64,000 bases of DNA from Cenococcum geophilum (lineage: Eukaryota): assembly GCA_050273025.1 (NCBI GenBank), contig CP158635.1:11904001-11968000 (forward strand). Direction: 5' to 3'. The position numbers were made by a program, and so were the translations under genes. This document shows, piece after piece, positions 13,930-25,600 of the stretch. Every line of letters starts with the position of its first letter. The first letter of the stretch is position 1. The notes under the pieces are model-generated. The model saw nothing but the letters and a program-made list of their open reading frames with translations. It was not told the DNA's origin and ran no database searches.

Positions 13930-16900
13930 TCCTTGACAAGAAATCTATAATTAGGTAATTATATCTAGCCTAGATTAATCGCCGCCTCTATTAAATTTAC
14001 CTTACGTATTACGGCACTGACCTAACGCATACTGTTTCATACTATCTCGTACTATTCCCTACTATTGGCTAGCCCACTACTAGCGACTTAGCGGCCGGCC
14101 CTACTATTTATATATAATACCCCCTTTCCACCTTCTTTCCCTCTTTATACTATAACGTAGTTATTTAGTCTACTTCATTGCAGCACTGTGACAGTTTGTG
14201 GTATCTTCAATTTACGCCCCGTCGCGATTACTAATTCCCTATACCCTAGCCAATTAACCTCCGCCCCAGAGCAATCGCGACCTATGCGCGCCTCTGCTGA
14301 AACTAACACGTCCCTAATATAGTCCTAGAATAATCCTTAGTTTTTACCTAGCGCCTAGATGGGCGATATTAACGACGCCGAAATGGCCGAAACTTAGAAC
14401 CCCCGCGACGTTTTTATAGACCTATTTATAGAGATATACCCTAATATTACGTGGACAATCCGCCGCTCCCTACTGTACCCTAAGACCTTTAAGCCTAGTA
14501 AAGCTTACCTTACCCTTATTAACTATACTAATAAGTTCTTTAATAATATTAAAGTAGGACTATAGTGCATATATAATATAAACACCACCAATAAGAAAGC
14601 TAACAAAAACCTTAGTGCCCTTATCGCTTCCTAGATAGGAACTATTAACTCCTAGGTAGAGACTATTACTATTCTAAAACAATTAACCCCTATAATAACA
14701 GTAGTAACCTAGCAGAAAAAACGGAGATTTAAAGACCCGCTAATATTTAGCGGAAAAGGCACCCCGCTAGAATAATAAGCTAATTTCAAGACCTAGTATA
14801 TTAAGATTAAGGGAATCTTTAACTAGGACTAGGACTACTTTAACACAATTTAGTCCCAGATCCTTTATATCTCGGATATGCTAGAGGACAAGGCCTATAA
14901 GTTTATTAAGTAGGGCTTAGAGCTTATATATAAGAACCCAAATAACATATCTGCGTGGAAATGGCCTACTAAGGAAGATATGCTTAAAGACCTTACTACC
15001 TACTATAAGGTCCTTGATATAACCCAGGTCGTAAAGAATAAGCTTAACCATTTCCCCTAAGGCGAGCGTAATTACTAGTCCTGGAAGGGAGAGCTTAATA
15101 AGCTAATAGTCCGCGCTAAGAAGACAAATAAATAAAAGGTGGACCTACTTTAAAAGTTTATCTCTCTAAAGATAGAAGAGCTGGTACTTAGACTGGCCTA
15201 TGAAATTAACGACAGCGACTATATAGGTTGGAGTAAGCAGATGGATATATTCGCTAAGAACCTCGCAAACTATACACACTAAGCCAACCTTAAGAAGAAC
15301 GCTAACTACCGCCTACCTGCCTAAGCCCCTGCCCCTATATTAACCCCAACCCTAGTAGTAACTAGAGAACCTATAGACCTTAATAGAATCTTAGACACGG
15401 AGCATAAGCGCCGCGTTAATAATAGACTATGCCTTATCTGTGGCCTGCCTAGCCATTAAAAGGATGCCTATAACCCCGCCAAGATAGTAAACCCAGTCCT
15501 AATGCCACCCTATCAAACGATATAAATAAATAACCGCGGACACGGCGATTATGGAGTCTATTATAGACGCGGCGACTGCGGAGCCTATTATAGCTATAGC
15601 GGACAACCCCCCCCCTTTAACCCTACGGCTTAGTTACTCTAAACTATGCCCTATATAGGAGCCCAACCCGTTAATAACGCCTAGTATTAGTGACTTCGCG
15701 CTAGCGAATATAAACACGGCCACATTATTAGCGAGGTATTATCTTCCTATACCCCGACTGAAACAGAGATAGATACCGCTAGCTAGACGGACACTGGACC
15801 ATCCTACTAAAACAGCCCCGTACCCTAGTTGTTAAAAGGTAAACCCTTAAACTAAGTTGCGCCTAAGGGTCTAAACTATATAAGAAGGAAGATAAGAAGA
15901 TTAGGTCCCTGTTACTAGATTAATTAGTCCTTTCTATTAGTAAACTACTACTTAATCTTAGATTAGCAAATAGTAATAAGAAATTAATCCTTATTTAAAC
16001 CCAACTCTCCTTATTATATAACCTATACCCCTAAATTTATATTAATATAGTAAGCCTAGTGGACTCCGGTAATACTGTAATGGCATTTACTAATATAGAG
16101 TTTATTATAAGAAAGTATAACGTTATAACTAAGAAGCTACTAGCACCTAGGCTACTGCGCCTTATAGATAGTATCCTAACTTCACTTATTACGGACTACT
16201 TTACCGCCTAAATATTAATCGGCCTCTATACTAAAGCTATGCTCTTTTTTATTACTAAACTCTTACCCACTACCCTAATTATCCTAGGCATGCCCTAGCT
16301 TTAGAAGTATAAGCCCCGTCCCAGCTTTAGGAAACTTAAAATCCGCTTTAACTTAGACTACTACTCTAGGCACTACCTTCTATAGGGGATAGCTAACGTT
16401 AGTAAGGACGCCCTATATAGATACTTAGCACTACTAAGCCTAGTGCCTAGGACTATATATAAAGCCTTAATAGTAGAAGACATTCCTAATAAAGGGGAGC
16501 CTATATAGCTGCAAAGAAACGAGATAGTAGAAGACTGGACTAACCTAATACTTAAGACTAAAATAATAGGCTAGCCAGCCCTACTAAGACTAAGGAAAAA
16601 GGTCCGCTTCGCGCCGCTACTATTAAGAAACTAACCCTAACCTAGGCACTATTTAAACCCCAGCCGCCTAGCCTAATACCTAGAACTAAGCTATATACTA
16701 TATACATACACTATAGCTCGCGTTATAGTAAGGACTGGCTATAGAACTACTAAAACCTAGATAATAGAAACCGCGCCACCGCAACGCCTAACCTTACACC
16801 CGTCTCCTACGCGTACCGTATAAAGCCACCACCTCATTTCCGCCCCTCTAGGCTAACTAAGCTATACTAGCCTAGCTATAGCACCGGAGAGCTAGATACG

Positions 16901-19900
16901 CCCTAACCTAGACGATATTAAATGCACCTATACTATTAATTTTACCCAGTTTTATAAGTAAAAAGACGTAAAGGTGATAAGGATCTATATAGTGGAGCTA
17001 GTAGAACTAGTTAAATAAGATAAGCACTGATAGCTGCTTAAAGAGCTGCCTATAGGCCTAATAGAAGTACCAAACCTATTAGAAAGGTTTTTCCGCCGGC
17101 TGGTAGAAGGCAACTATATAATAAAGGAAGCCTGTAAAGCGCTCCCCCCCTATTTCTATAACTTCCTTAAGATAAATCTAAAAACTAAACCCAAGCTTTT
17201 ATATTGGAAGATAGTTAACACTAATGTTAAAAAATTCTTAAAAGGCAAACCAGGATTAACCCGCGAAGATATTTTATAACGCCTACTAAAGGAGTTTAGT
17301 AAATATATTAAGCACTTCCTCCCTAAAAATATAAATAAGCTGCCCCCTTACCAACCATAGGACTATAAAATTGAGATTACCCCCAGAAACTAGGCCCCGT
17401 ACTATAAAAATAGACTACTCTTACCTACTAAACTTAGGTATATAAAGAAGTGGATTAATAAGATACTAGATAAGGGTTTTATCCGCAAATTAACCTTATT
17501 AGCTGCCGTACTACTCCTCCTCACTGCTAAGCCTAGCGGCGGTATATAAATCTGCTATAACTACTAAGGCCTAAATATAGTTACTATTAAGAATCGATAC
17601 CCACTGCTACTAATCCGCGAGACACTTAACGCACTTTGTAGCGCTAAGTACTTTACTAAACTTAATATAATTGCTGTATTTAACTGGATCTGGATTGCGG
17701 AGGGCTATAAGTAGCTTATAGCATTTATTACCCGGTTCGGACTCTATAAGATACTAGTTATACTATTTAGCCTCTATAACGCACCCGCTATATTTTAGAA
17801 CTATATTAACTATATTCTATATAACGCCCTTAATAATTACTACACTACCTACCTTAACGATATCCTTATCTTTTCTAAAATACGCGCCAAGTATATTAAG
17901 CATGTAAATGAAGTCATCTAAAGACTTGGCAATACTAGACTTTAGATTAATATTAATAAGTTTAAGTTCTACTCTACTAAAACAAAATACCTCGGCTTAA
18001 TTATCTTAACTAATGGTATAACTATAGATCCTAAGAAGATATAGGCCTTATAGGAATAAAAGGACCTAATATTAATTAAAGAACTATAACAATTTCTCGG
18101 CTTTACGAACTTCTACTGATGATTTATCTAAGGCTACTCTGCTATTGCTATACCTATAACAAAACTTCTAAAGAAGGATATTAGATAGCTATAGGGACTA
18201 GAATAAGCCAAATCGTTTAAGGCCTTTAAGGGAGCCTTTACTTTAGTACTAGTACTAGCATACTATAACTATATGAAGAAAACAGTGGTAGAGATAGATG
18301 TATTAAATTAGGCTTCCGGCGGAGTCCTTTCCCAATATAATAATAATAGAAAATTAAGACTGGTTGTATTCTTCTCCGTAAAGTACTCCGCGCTAGAATA
18401 TAACTATAAAATTTATAACAAAGAACTCCTAGCTATTGTTAAGGCTTTAAAGAAATAGCGTCCTAAGCTATAAGGGACTAAGGAGCCGTTTAAAATCATT
18501 ACTGACTACAAAAACCTATAGACGTTTATAACTACTAAGTAGCTAAACTAGCGCTAAGTCTAGTGGGTAGAGTTCCTTTTATAGTTTAACTTTATAATTA
18601 TATATAGACCTAGCAGTAAAGCTACGCTCCCTAACGCCCTAAGCTGGCTACTAGAAATAAGGCCTAAGGACGCTAATAATAAACACCTCCGCCACTAAGC
18701 CTAAGTCGTTATACTACCCTAGAAAGTTAACCCTATAATCTTAGAAGAATTACTATATAAGTCCCATAACTCTAATAACGCGGAGTTTATAGCCGCTCTA
18801 GACCCCAAAATAGCTAAAAAGTTACTAGATGAGTTAATCCGGCTAAGATACTAGAAAAACGAACTCGTAAGAGATATAGTGGCAGCCCTACGTGATTAGA
18901 AAGCTCGCCGTTAGCTAAAGAAAATTAGGAAATTACTCTATTGCGATAAGTTAGAATATAGTATTATTAACGGATAGATCTACTTCTGCTAACGTCTCTT
19001 TGTCCCTAATGCCCTAGACCTCCACCTAGAAGTTACCTATCGCTTTTATAGCAGTGGCCCCGCTAGTCACCCTAGCTAGGTTAAGACTTTTAACCTCTTA
19101 AACCGAATATACTGGTAGCTAGGAATCTCCTAGTTTATGGCTACCTTCGTTAAAGACTATGCCCTATACTTTCGCACTAAGACCCTTTATTCTGCCCCGC
19201 CCGGTTTCCTAAAGCCACTAAAATTACCTACCCGCCTATGGACCGATATCTTAATTAATTATATTATAACGCTACTAGTATACTAACGCTATAGCAAGGT
19301 ATATAAATATATCCTTATTATTATAGACCGCCTAACTAAAATATAATACCTTATTCTAGTAATAGGACTCTTAATAGAGGAGTTAGTTAATGGCTTTATT
19401 AATAATATATATAAGCTCTACGGTACACTAAGTATAATTATCTCCAATTATAGCATATAATTTATTAGCGACTTCTGGCGACAACTAAGTAAACGCCTTA
19501 AAATAATCTTGCGATTAAGCTTAGCCTAATACCTAGAAACAAACGGCTAAACTAAAATTATTAACGCCGCCGTAAATAAATATCTTTATGCTTTTGTTAG
19601 CTTTATATAGGACGACTAGGTTAACTACCTACCGCTTACTAAGTTTGCTACAAATAACTAAGTTAACGAGAGTATAGGCATCTCCCCGTTTTTTGCAAAC
19701 TATAGCTTTAACCCTCGCCTTAAAATTAAGCCTGCTAGCCCCTACCTACCGACACTATTAGTATAAGTAAAGAAGGAGTTCTTCCGCGTAAACTCTATGG
19801 CTAACCGCTTTAAGCGGATATTAATATAGCTTAAGGCCCTAGCCTGGATTTTATAGTAACGCTATAAAGATAATACTAATACCCATAGGGATAAGAGCGC

Positions 19901-21050
19901 GTTATTCTATAAAGGTAATATAGTTATGGTTAGCTTAGAAAATATAAAGATAAATAGATTTAAGAAGAAATAGGACGATAAATAGGACGGCCTATACCCC
20001 GTACTCGCAGTATACTAAGGGGTAGTTATAGTAGACCTCCCGGACTATATCTAAGTAAATAAATCCTTTTATATATTTAAGGTCCGCCTCTAAGCTATTA
20101 AAGAGATCCCTAGCTAAGCAAATATTAATACTATAGAGCGCCGTAATATACAAGGACAAGTGGTAGAGAGAGATAATAACGGCAATATAGAAGATAAATG
20201 GGAGTTTAAAAAAATCCTTAATGTACACGATAAAGACCCCTAGGGCCTAACTTATGAGATTAAATGGAAATATTATAAGGATACAACCTAGCAGCTAGAG
20301 GAAGACCTAAAGGGTTGCGAATAAGCTGTATAGCGCTTTTATAAGCAACACCTTAAGAAGCTAGAACCCCCAGACTGGGCACGAGATAAGGAAAAGTCAT
20401 ACTAAGGTCGCGGCCGACTACCGCATTAAAATTTGTGGTGGTTAAGATGTTATAGAACTTTAACTAGCGGTTAAAGTTATCTAATTGGCTAAATTCTTGC
20501 TAAGAAACGCCACACGGACCAATTTGGGTGGTGGTGTGGAGTTCTACCGACCTTACTCACTAAACTGACTAATTAGGATTTTCTATACCCGGCATAAAAA
20601 ATCGCCATTGGCTCGGTTAAGGGCGGTAAGCAAAACTGATATCTTTGTAGTAGAAAATAGGCAACCCTATACACTGCCTATTTTTAAGTTATCTATTTAG
20701 TTTGGGGACTAAACCGTCTAGGGGAGAGGAGTACTGTCACAGCACTGACCTAATGTATACTATTTCATACTATCTTGTACTGTTCCCTACTGTTGGCTAG
20801 CCCACCACTAGCGACTTAGCGGCCGGCCCTACTATTTATATATAATACCCCCTTTCCACCTTCTTCCCCTCTTTATACCACAACGTAGTTATTTAGTCTA
20901 CTTTATTGCAGCACTGTAACACTACGCGTAACGACAACTACTTTAAAAGCTTAAATATCTTACTAGTAGGCGATTTCTATTAGCTTCCCCCTATAGGTTA
21001 GGCGGCCTTATATAACAATCTACCTACTAGCCCGTTAGATTCTATCCTTT
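13929..21050 (+). pseudogene. PIF1-like (Helitron-type) helicase fragment, split by Gypsy B (pieces 13929-14006 and 20927-~21050)
   Basis: ILDEKSMIG..LAWIDRRLHQIYPT before the LTR continues in frame as RNDNYF..LNILLVGDFYQLPP.GQAALY after it (PIF1 motifs II and III). Confidence 0.8.
14007..20921 (+). mobile_element. Ty3/Gypsy chromovirus B, full length, RIP-inactivated
   Basis: 187-bp LTRs 14007-14193 and 20735-20921. TSD ttacg/ctacg (one C>T). PPT ggggagaggagtac. Gag from ~14359 with zinc knuckle ~15429, protease LVDSG ~16060, RT YLDDILIFS ~17850, RNase H ~18290, integrase ~19050-19720, chromodomain WEFEKIL..YEIKWK..TWQ ~20199-20378. Confidence 0.96.
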
Positions 21051-21637
21051 ATAGCAATATTATTATTTTCTTTAAGCTTCTACTTACCCTAGACTTTAGT
21101 GCTAATATTCTCTATTAGGCGGTTAACAATAGCATTTAAATATGAATTAATACGCCCCTGCGGTCTACTAACTTATTCCTCTTAATACGGATTATAACTT
21201 GCGCTAGTTTAACCTACCTATTATACTACTCCTAAGCTCTTATATACTTTAGTAAGTTAAATATTATAACTTTTTAGGTCTTAAATAATCCCGCTTCTAG
21301 TATATATATCTATATAAAGCTATCTAACCACTTACCTAAATTTAGTAGGCTTAAAAGCTCCTTACTATCCGCCTATAACGTTTATAGGATTCTTAAGTAA
21401 ACTGCCTTCAGAACCCCTTACTAATGCTAGCTAAATCCATAGATAATCTAGACCACCTTAAGGACTATATCCCTTACTCTATACTTACGGATGCGCTTAA
21501 GTTATTAAATTTTATTATAGCTTAAATTTCTAGGTTATCCTAGGGTGGTGCTTAAAAACGCATTAAAGGCTAACTAATTATTATAAAACTATAATAGTGA
21601 TAAGAATAGCGAGAAAGGATCGGATTAAGAGGACGCG

Positions 21638-21661
21638 TATATATATATATATATATATATA
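21638..21661. repeat. (TA)12 microsatellite
   Basis: Perfect TA run. Confidence 0.9.
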
Positions 21662-22662
21662 ATTTACGGGTATTTCGGTATTCTAGGATATTAAAATGCT
21701 CTACTAAAAGTTATTATAAATAATTACGCCGCTATATAGCAACTAAAGCCGGCCGGATACCCTAATAGCGGCATTATACGACCGTTTTAAAAATAAGGAT
21801 TATTAGCTATTATATAGCTGATAGAGATAGGAAATATAAAATGCGGATCTTAGGGTTGCTTAGCTAATAGTAATATATATAGTCTTAATTCTTATTAGCT
21901 TATATAAGTATCTAATTACTAGGATCTAGAAGAGCTATAAGTCCGACACGCGTTTTATTACTTAGAGATCTTAGTGCTAGCTAGTGATTTAAAGCGCTAT
22001 TTTAGGTAAGGGAATTTTATAAGCTGTACTATTAGATACCCTTTAGGGGCTTTTAATATACTTTAGTGCCCGATTACCTATAATATAACGTAACTAGGGC
22101 GTATAACTTCTGCTTAAAGCCGTATATTATACTTAAGAGCCCTACTCTCTTAGCATTACTATTAATACATACTGCTACCGCTAATGGATAGGCAACCTAA
22201 GGGATTACCGCATTATATAATCTTGTTAAGCCTATATATAAAAAAGATAAATAATCCGTATTATTTAATCCTTTTTAAAATCCCTTAAGATGTGGTCTTA
22301 AGAAACCTAACTATTTATAGTATAGTTACTAGTTTATACAGAGCCTGTCTAGCTAAAGGAGTATTACCGGTTAGCGCCTTAATATTAGTAAAATTAGCCT
22401 TAGGTTTAAGGAGCGGTAATAAGGCGATCCGTATTCTAATATTATTGGCGTTGCGATTTATAATATAGCAACCTTGGATCCTAAGTATATATTTATGCCT
22501 ATAAATAAGGAACCTTAAATTAAGCCCTTATAGACAGTTAAGGCGGCACTACTTATATTCCTTAGGCTAAAAGCGTATAAGCTGCCGTTAACTTTATACA
22601 AGAACGACCTAGCTAGCATTCCTATATATATCCCCACCTTAGCTTAATTAAACTATAAACGT

Positions 22663-25600
22663 TAGTGCTTTTATTAATATTTAATACTTATTAATAAGGA
22701 TTTAGTATTTTTTAATAATACTATAATAATATGTTATTAAATTAAATATAAATATCTATATTATTATTATTAGGAATATAGGCAAGTTGCCGTCACGTAA
22801 GACAAGTTGCCGTCACGTGTCGCCGCGGCACTAGCGTGGTGAGGAGCCTTAAGCTCCTCGCCCTTCCTTAAGCAGAAAAGAACATAGAATAAAAATAATT
22901 ATTATACTATCTATAAACCGTAGCTACGTGATATTACCTTATATAACCAACACTAATTAGTAGTTAACTTTACTGTTATACTATAGAACAGCTAGGTATT
23001 CTACTAAGAAGAGATAAGCTACTATACTAGTGCTACTTATACTAGAGGAAGCTATCTTTTAAGGTTAAAACTGGTTCTAAACCTTAAATAGAACTCTTCT
23101 ATAAATCTAAGGATTTAAAGGCTAGAACTGGTCCTAAGCCTTTTCTAGATTATAGATTTTTACGTCTATTACGCAAAATAATACGCTTTATAAGTCTTTA
23201 CAATTTAAGGCTAGAACTAGTTTTAAGCCCTATAATCGCAAATATATATTATAAACGCGTATTAAATAACAATCCCTATACTAATAACACTTCCCTCCCT
23301 CTAAAAACATGGCTACGCCTACCTTAAACGACTGGGAAGACTCCTTACTACTAGGGGTAACTACGTATACGAAATTTATTAATAAAAATTGGGACGAATT
23401 TACTATTAATATAATAATTTATACCGTAAAATAAGTTAATAGCTTTCTCCTACACTATATCCTATTTTACTAAAGTAGATACTACGCCGATTTATAACTG
23501 TGGGAATATTTTAGGGAGGATTTTGTAGGATGGACCGCTGATACTTAGACACTTAGTAATATTAATATTGTTTAGGATTTCTAAGACTTCCTTTATAGAA
23601 ATGGGGTATATATTACTAGGAATAGTAACCTAATTGCTAGCAATATTTAGGCCGTTATTATTAGTATAGAAGAACTAGTATAGACGGAAGCTAAGATTAT
23701 ATATTAACTACGGAAACCTAAAACTAACCCATATTCTTTAGAAGGTAACTTTAATTTATATTAAAAACCCTAAAACGCTAATCCCCTACCTAGAGGTACT
23801 CTCCTACTAGGAGGTACTCTTCTACCTAGAGGTGCTCTTCCGCTACCCCCTTTGCTACCTTTACCCCCTCTATTCTAGCTAACCGGTAAGCCTCTACTAT
23901 AAGAAGTTACAAATCTGATAAAGGTATATTTGGACAAAAAAAAGAAGTTTAAAGGAGAACTGTATAATATACTTAGAGCAAAACTATAGGTCTTTTATAA
24001 CTGTTGTAATAAGGTTAAAATTTAATACTATTAGTACTACTACGCTTTCTTTATTATATTAAAAGGATAGGCAGTAATATTCTATTATAACTATATTATA
24101 GGTAAAAACTATAACTTTAATATAATGCTTTAGCTTACTAAAGCTTACTTTAAAACTAATAAGAATTGCTAACTTTATATATCTAAATGGCGGGAAACTA
24201 TATTTTAAAGAGTTATTACTTCTAACCTAATAAAGAGTTATTTAGAGTACCTTTAACTACTCTTTAATAAACTTTAGAAAATCTAATATAGCCTTACTAA
24301 AACTTACTAAAATAAGAACAGCCTAAGGGACTAAGTTATTTTAGTATGCTATAGCGTTTCTAAGTATAACTTAGCGCTATATAAACCTATAGATATATTT
24401 AAAGGAGTATATGCTAAGCTACGCTTTATTATAGGTACTATAATACGAATATAAGAATCTTAATAGTTTTATACTAAAAACCTTACCTAACTAAGTATTC
24501 CTAACTAATATAATTATAACTAGACTAATTAAATATATAATAGCCGTAGTAGGGAATATGGAAGAGGGTATAATTAATATTAACTATAAGGTAATTATAG
24601 AGGTCCTTATAGAGGTTTATTTTAAAGTAATTACTAAAAAAAGTGCTACGTTTATAAGAAGCTAAATTACTAGTTAACTAGATACTCCCTTAATAAGCAA
24701 AAAGAGGTATATAATAAGTTCCGTTAGAGTATAAGAAATGTTAAAAATTATAAGGTTATTATAGCCTACTTTTAAAGCTTCCTAGTTTAATATAGAGGCG
24801 TAAAAGATCTTAAGGGTAAGGTTAATAAGGTCGAATAGCTCCTTATAGATATAGAAATTAAGGACTACTCCCTTAACCAATACTTTACTAAGTATAGTAA
24901 GGTAGATAGTATATAAACTATTACCGTTCTTAATAATTAATCTACACTCCATTTTATTATAAAATTAAATATCTTTAATAAGCTAAAGGAGAGTTTTATA
25001 TTTTCCTTTAATAATAGATACTCGGCGTATATCTTTTATAGTATTATACCGGATATAGGAGCCGTAAAAGTATCTATAGTAGGAAAACCTTAAATTTAAG
25101 CTCTTTAGCAGCTGGATAGCTCTATTTAGATTAACTAATTAATAATAGGCTAATATATAATTCGCTTTAGTAAAGGTACTACGATTTCTCTTAGTATAAT
25201 TAGGGTCTAAACCCCCTTAGGGTATATTACTTTCCATATTATTCCTATAAACACTCCATTTCTATTTTATATTAAAGATATAAATAAGTTAGGTATTAGG
25301 CTTAATAACCTTAAGAATATACTTATTTAAGAAGATAATTAGGTACCTATTATATATAAGTAGGGTTACCCCTAGTTACTCCTTTATTAACTAGAAAAGA
25401 GTGTTACTTAAAGCTACTTAATTAAGTTAGAATTACGCTAACTATACTATCGTTTTAGCTACCTATCCGTTTATTAATTGCTTAGGGTTCTTTAGTAAGT
25501 AGGCTATAAAGTTAAGGTTAAGGCAATTAAGCATCTTATAAAGTACTACTATTATTACTAAATAAACTAAAAGTCCCCTGGCCGATTTAAGTTCACCCTT

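Noticed and set aside
19992..20228. Supplied 78-aa ORF
   Set aside because: Antisense to the Gypsy B integrase/chromodomain.
20441..20616. Shared UTR module as a hammerhead ribozyme or tRNA
   Set aside because: I could not place CUGANGA/GAAA cores or a cloverleaf even allowing for RIP. An Infernal search is still needed.
21061..22662. Decayed coding-like backbone (also ~12950-13440, 30210-30920, 36807-37245, 43322-44070, 53300-54200)
   Set aside because: No motif could be recognised in the frames I tried, so these are left unannotated.
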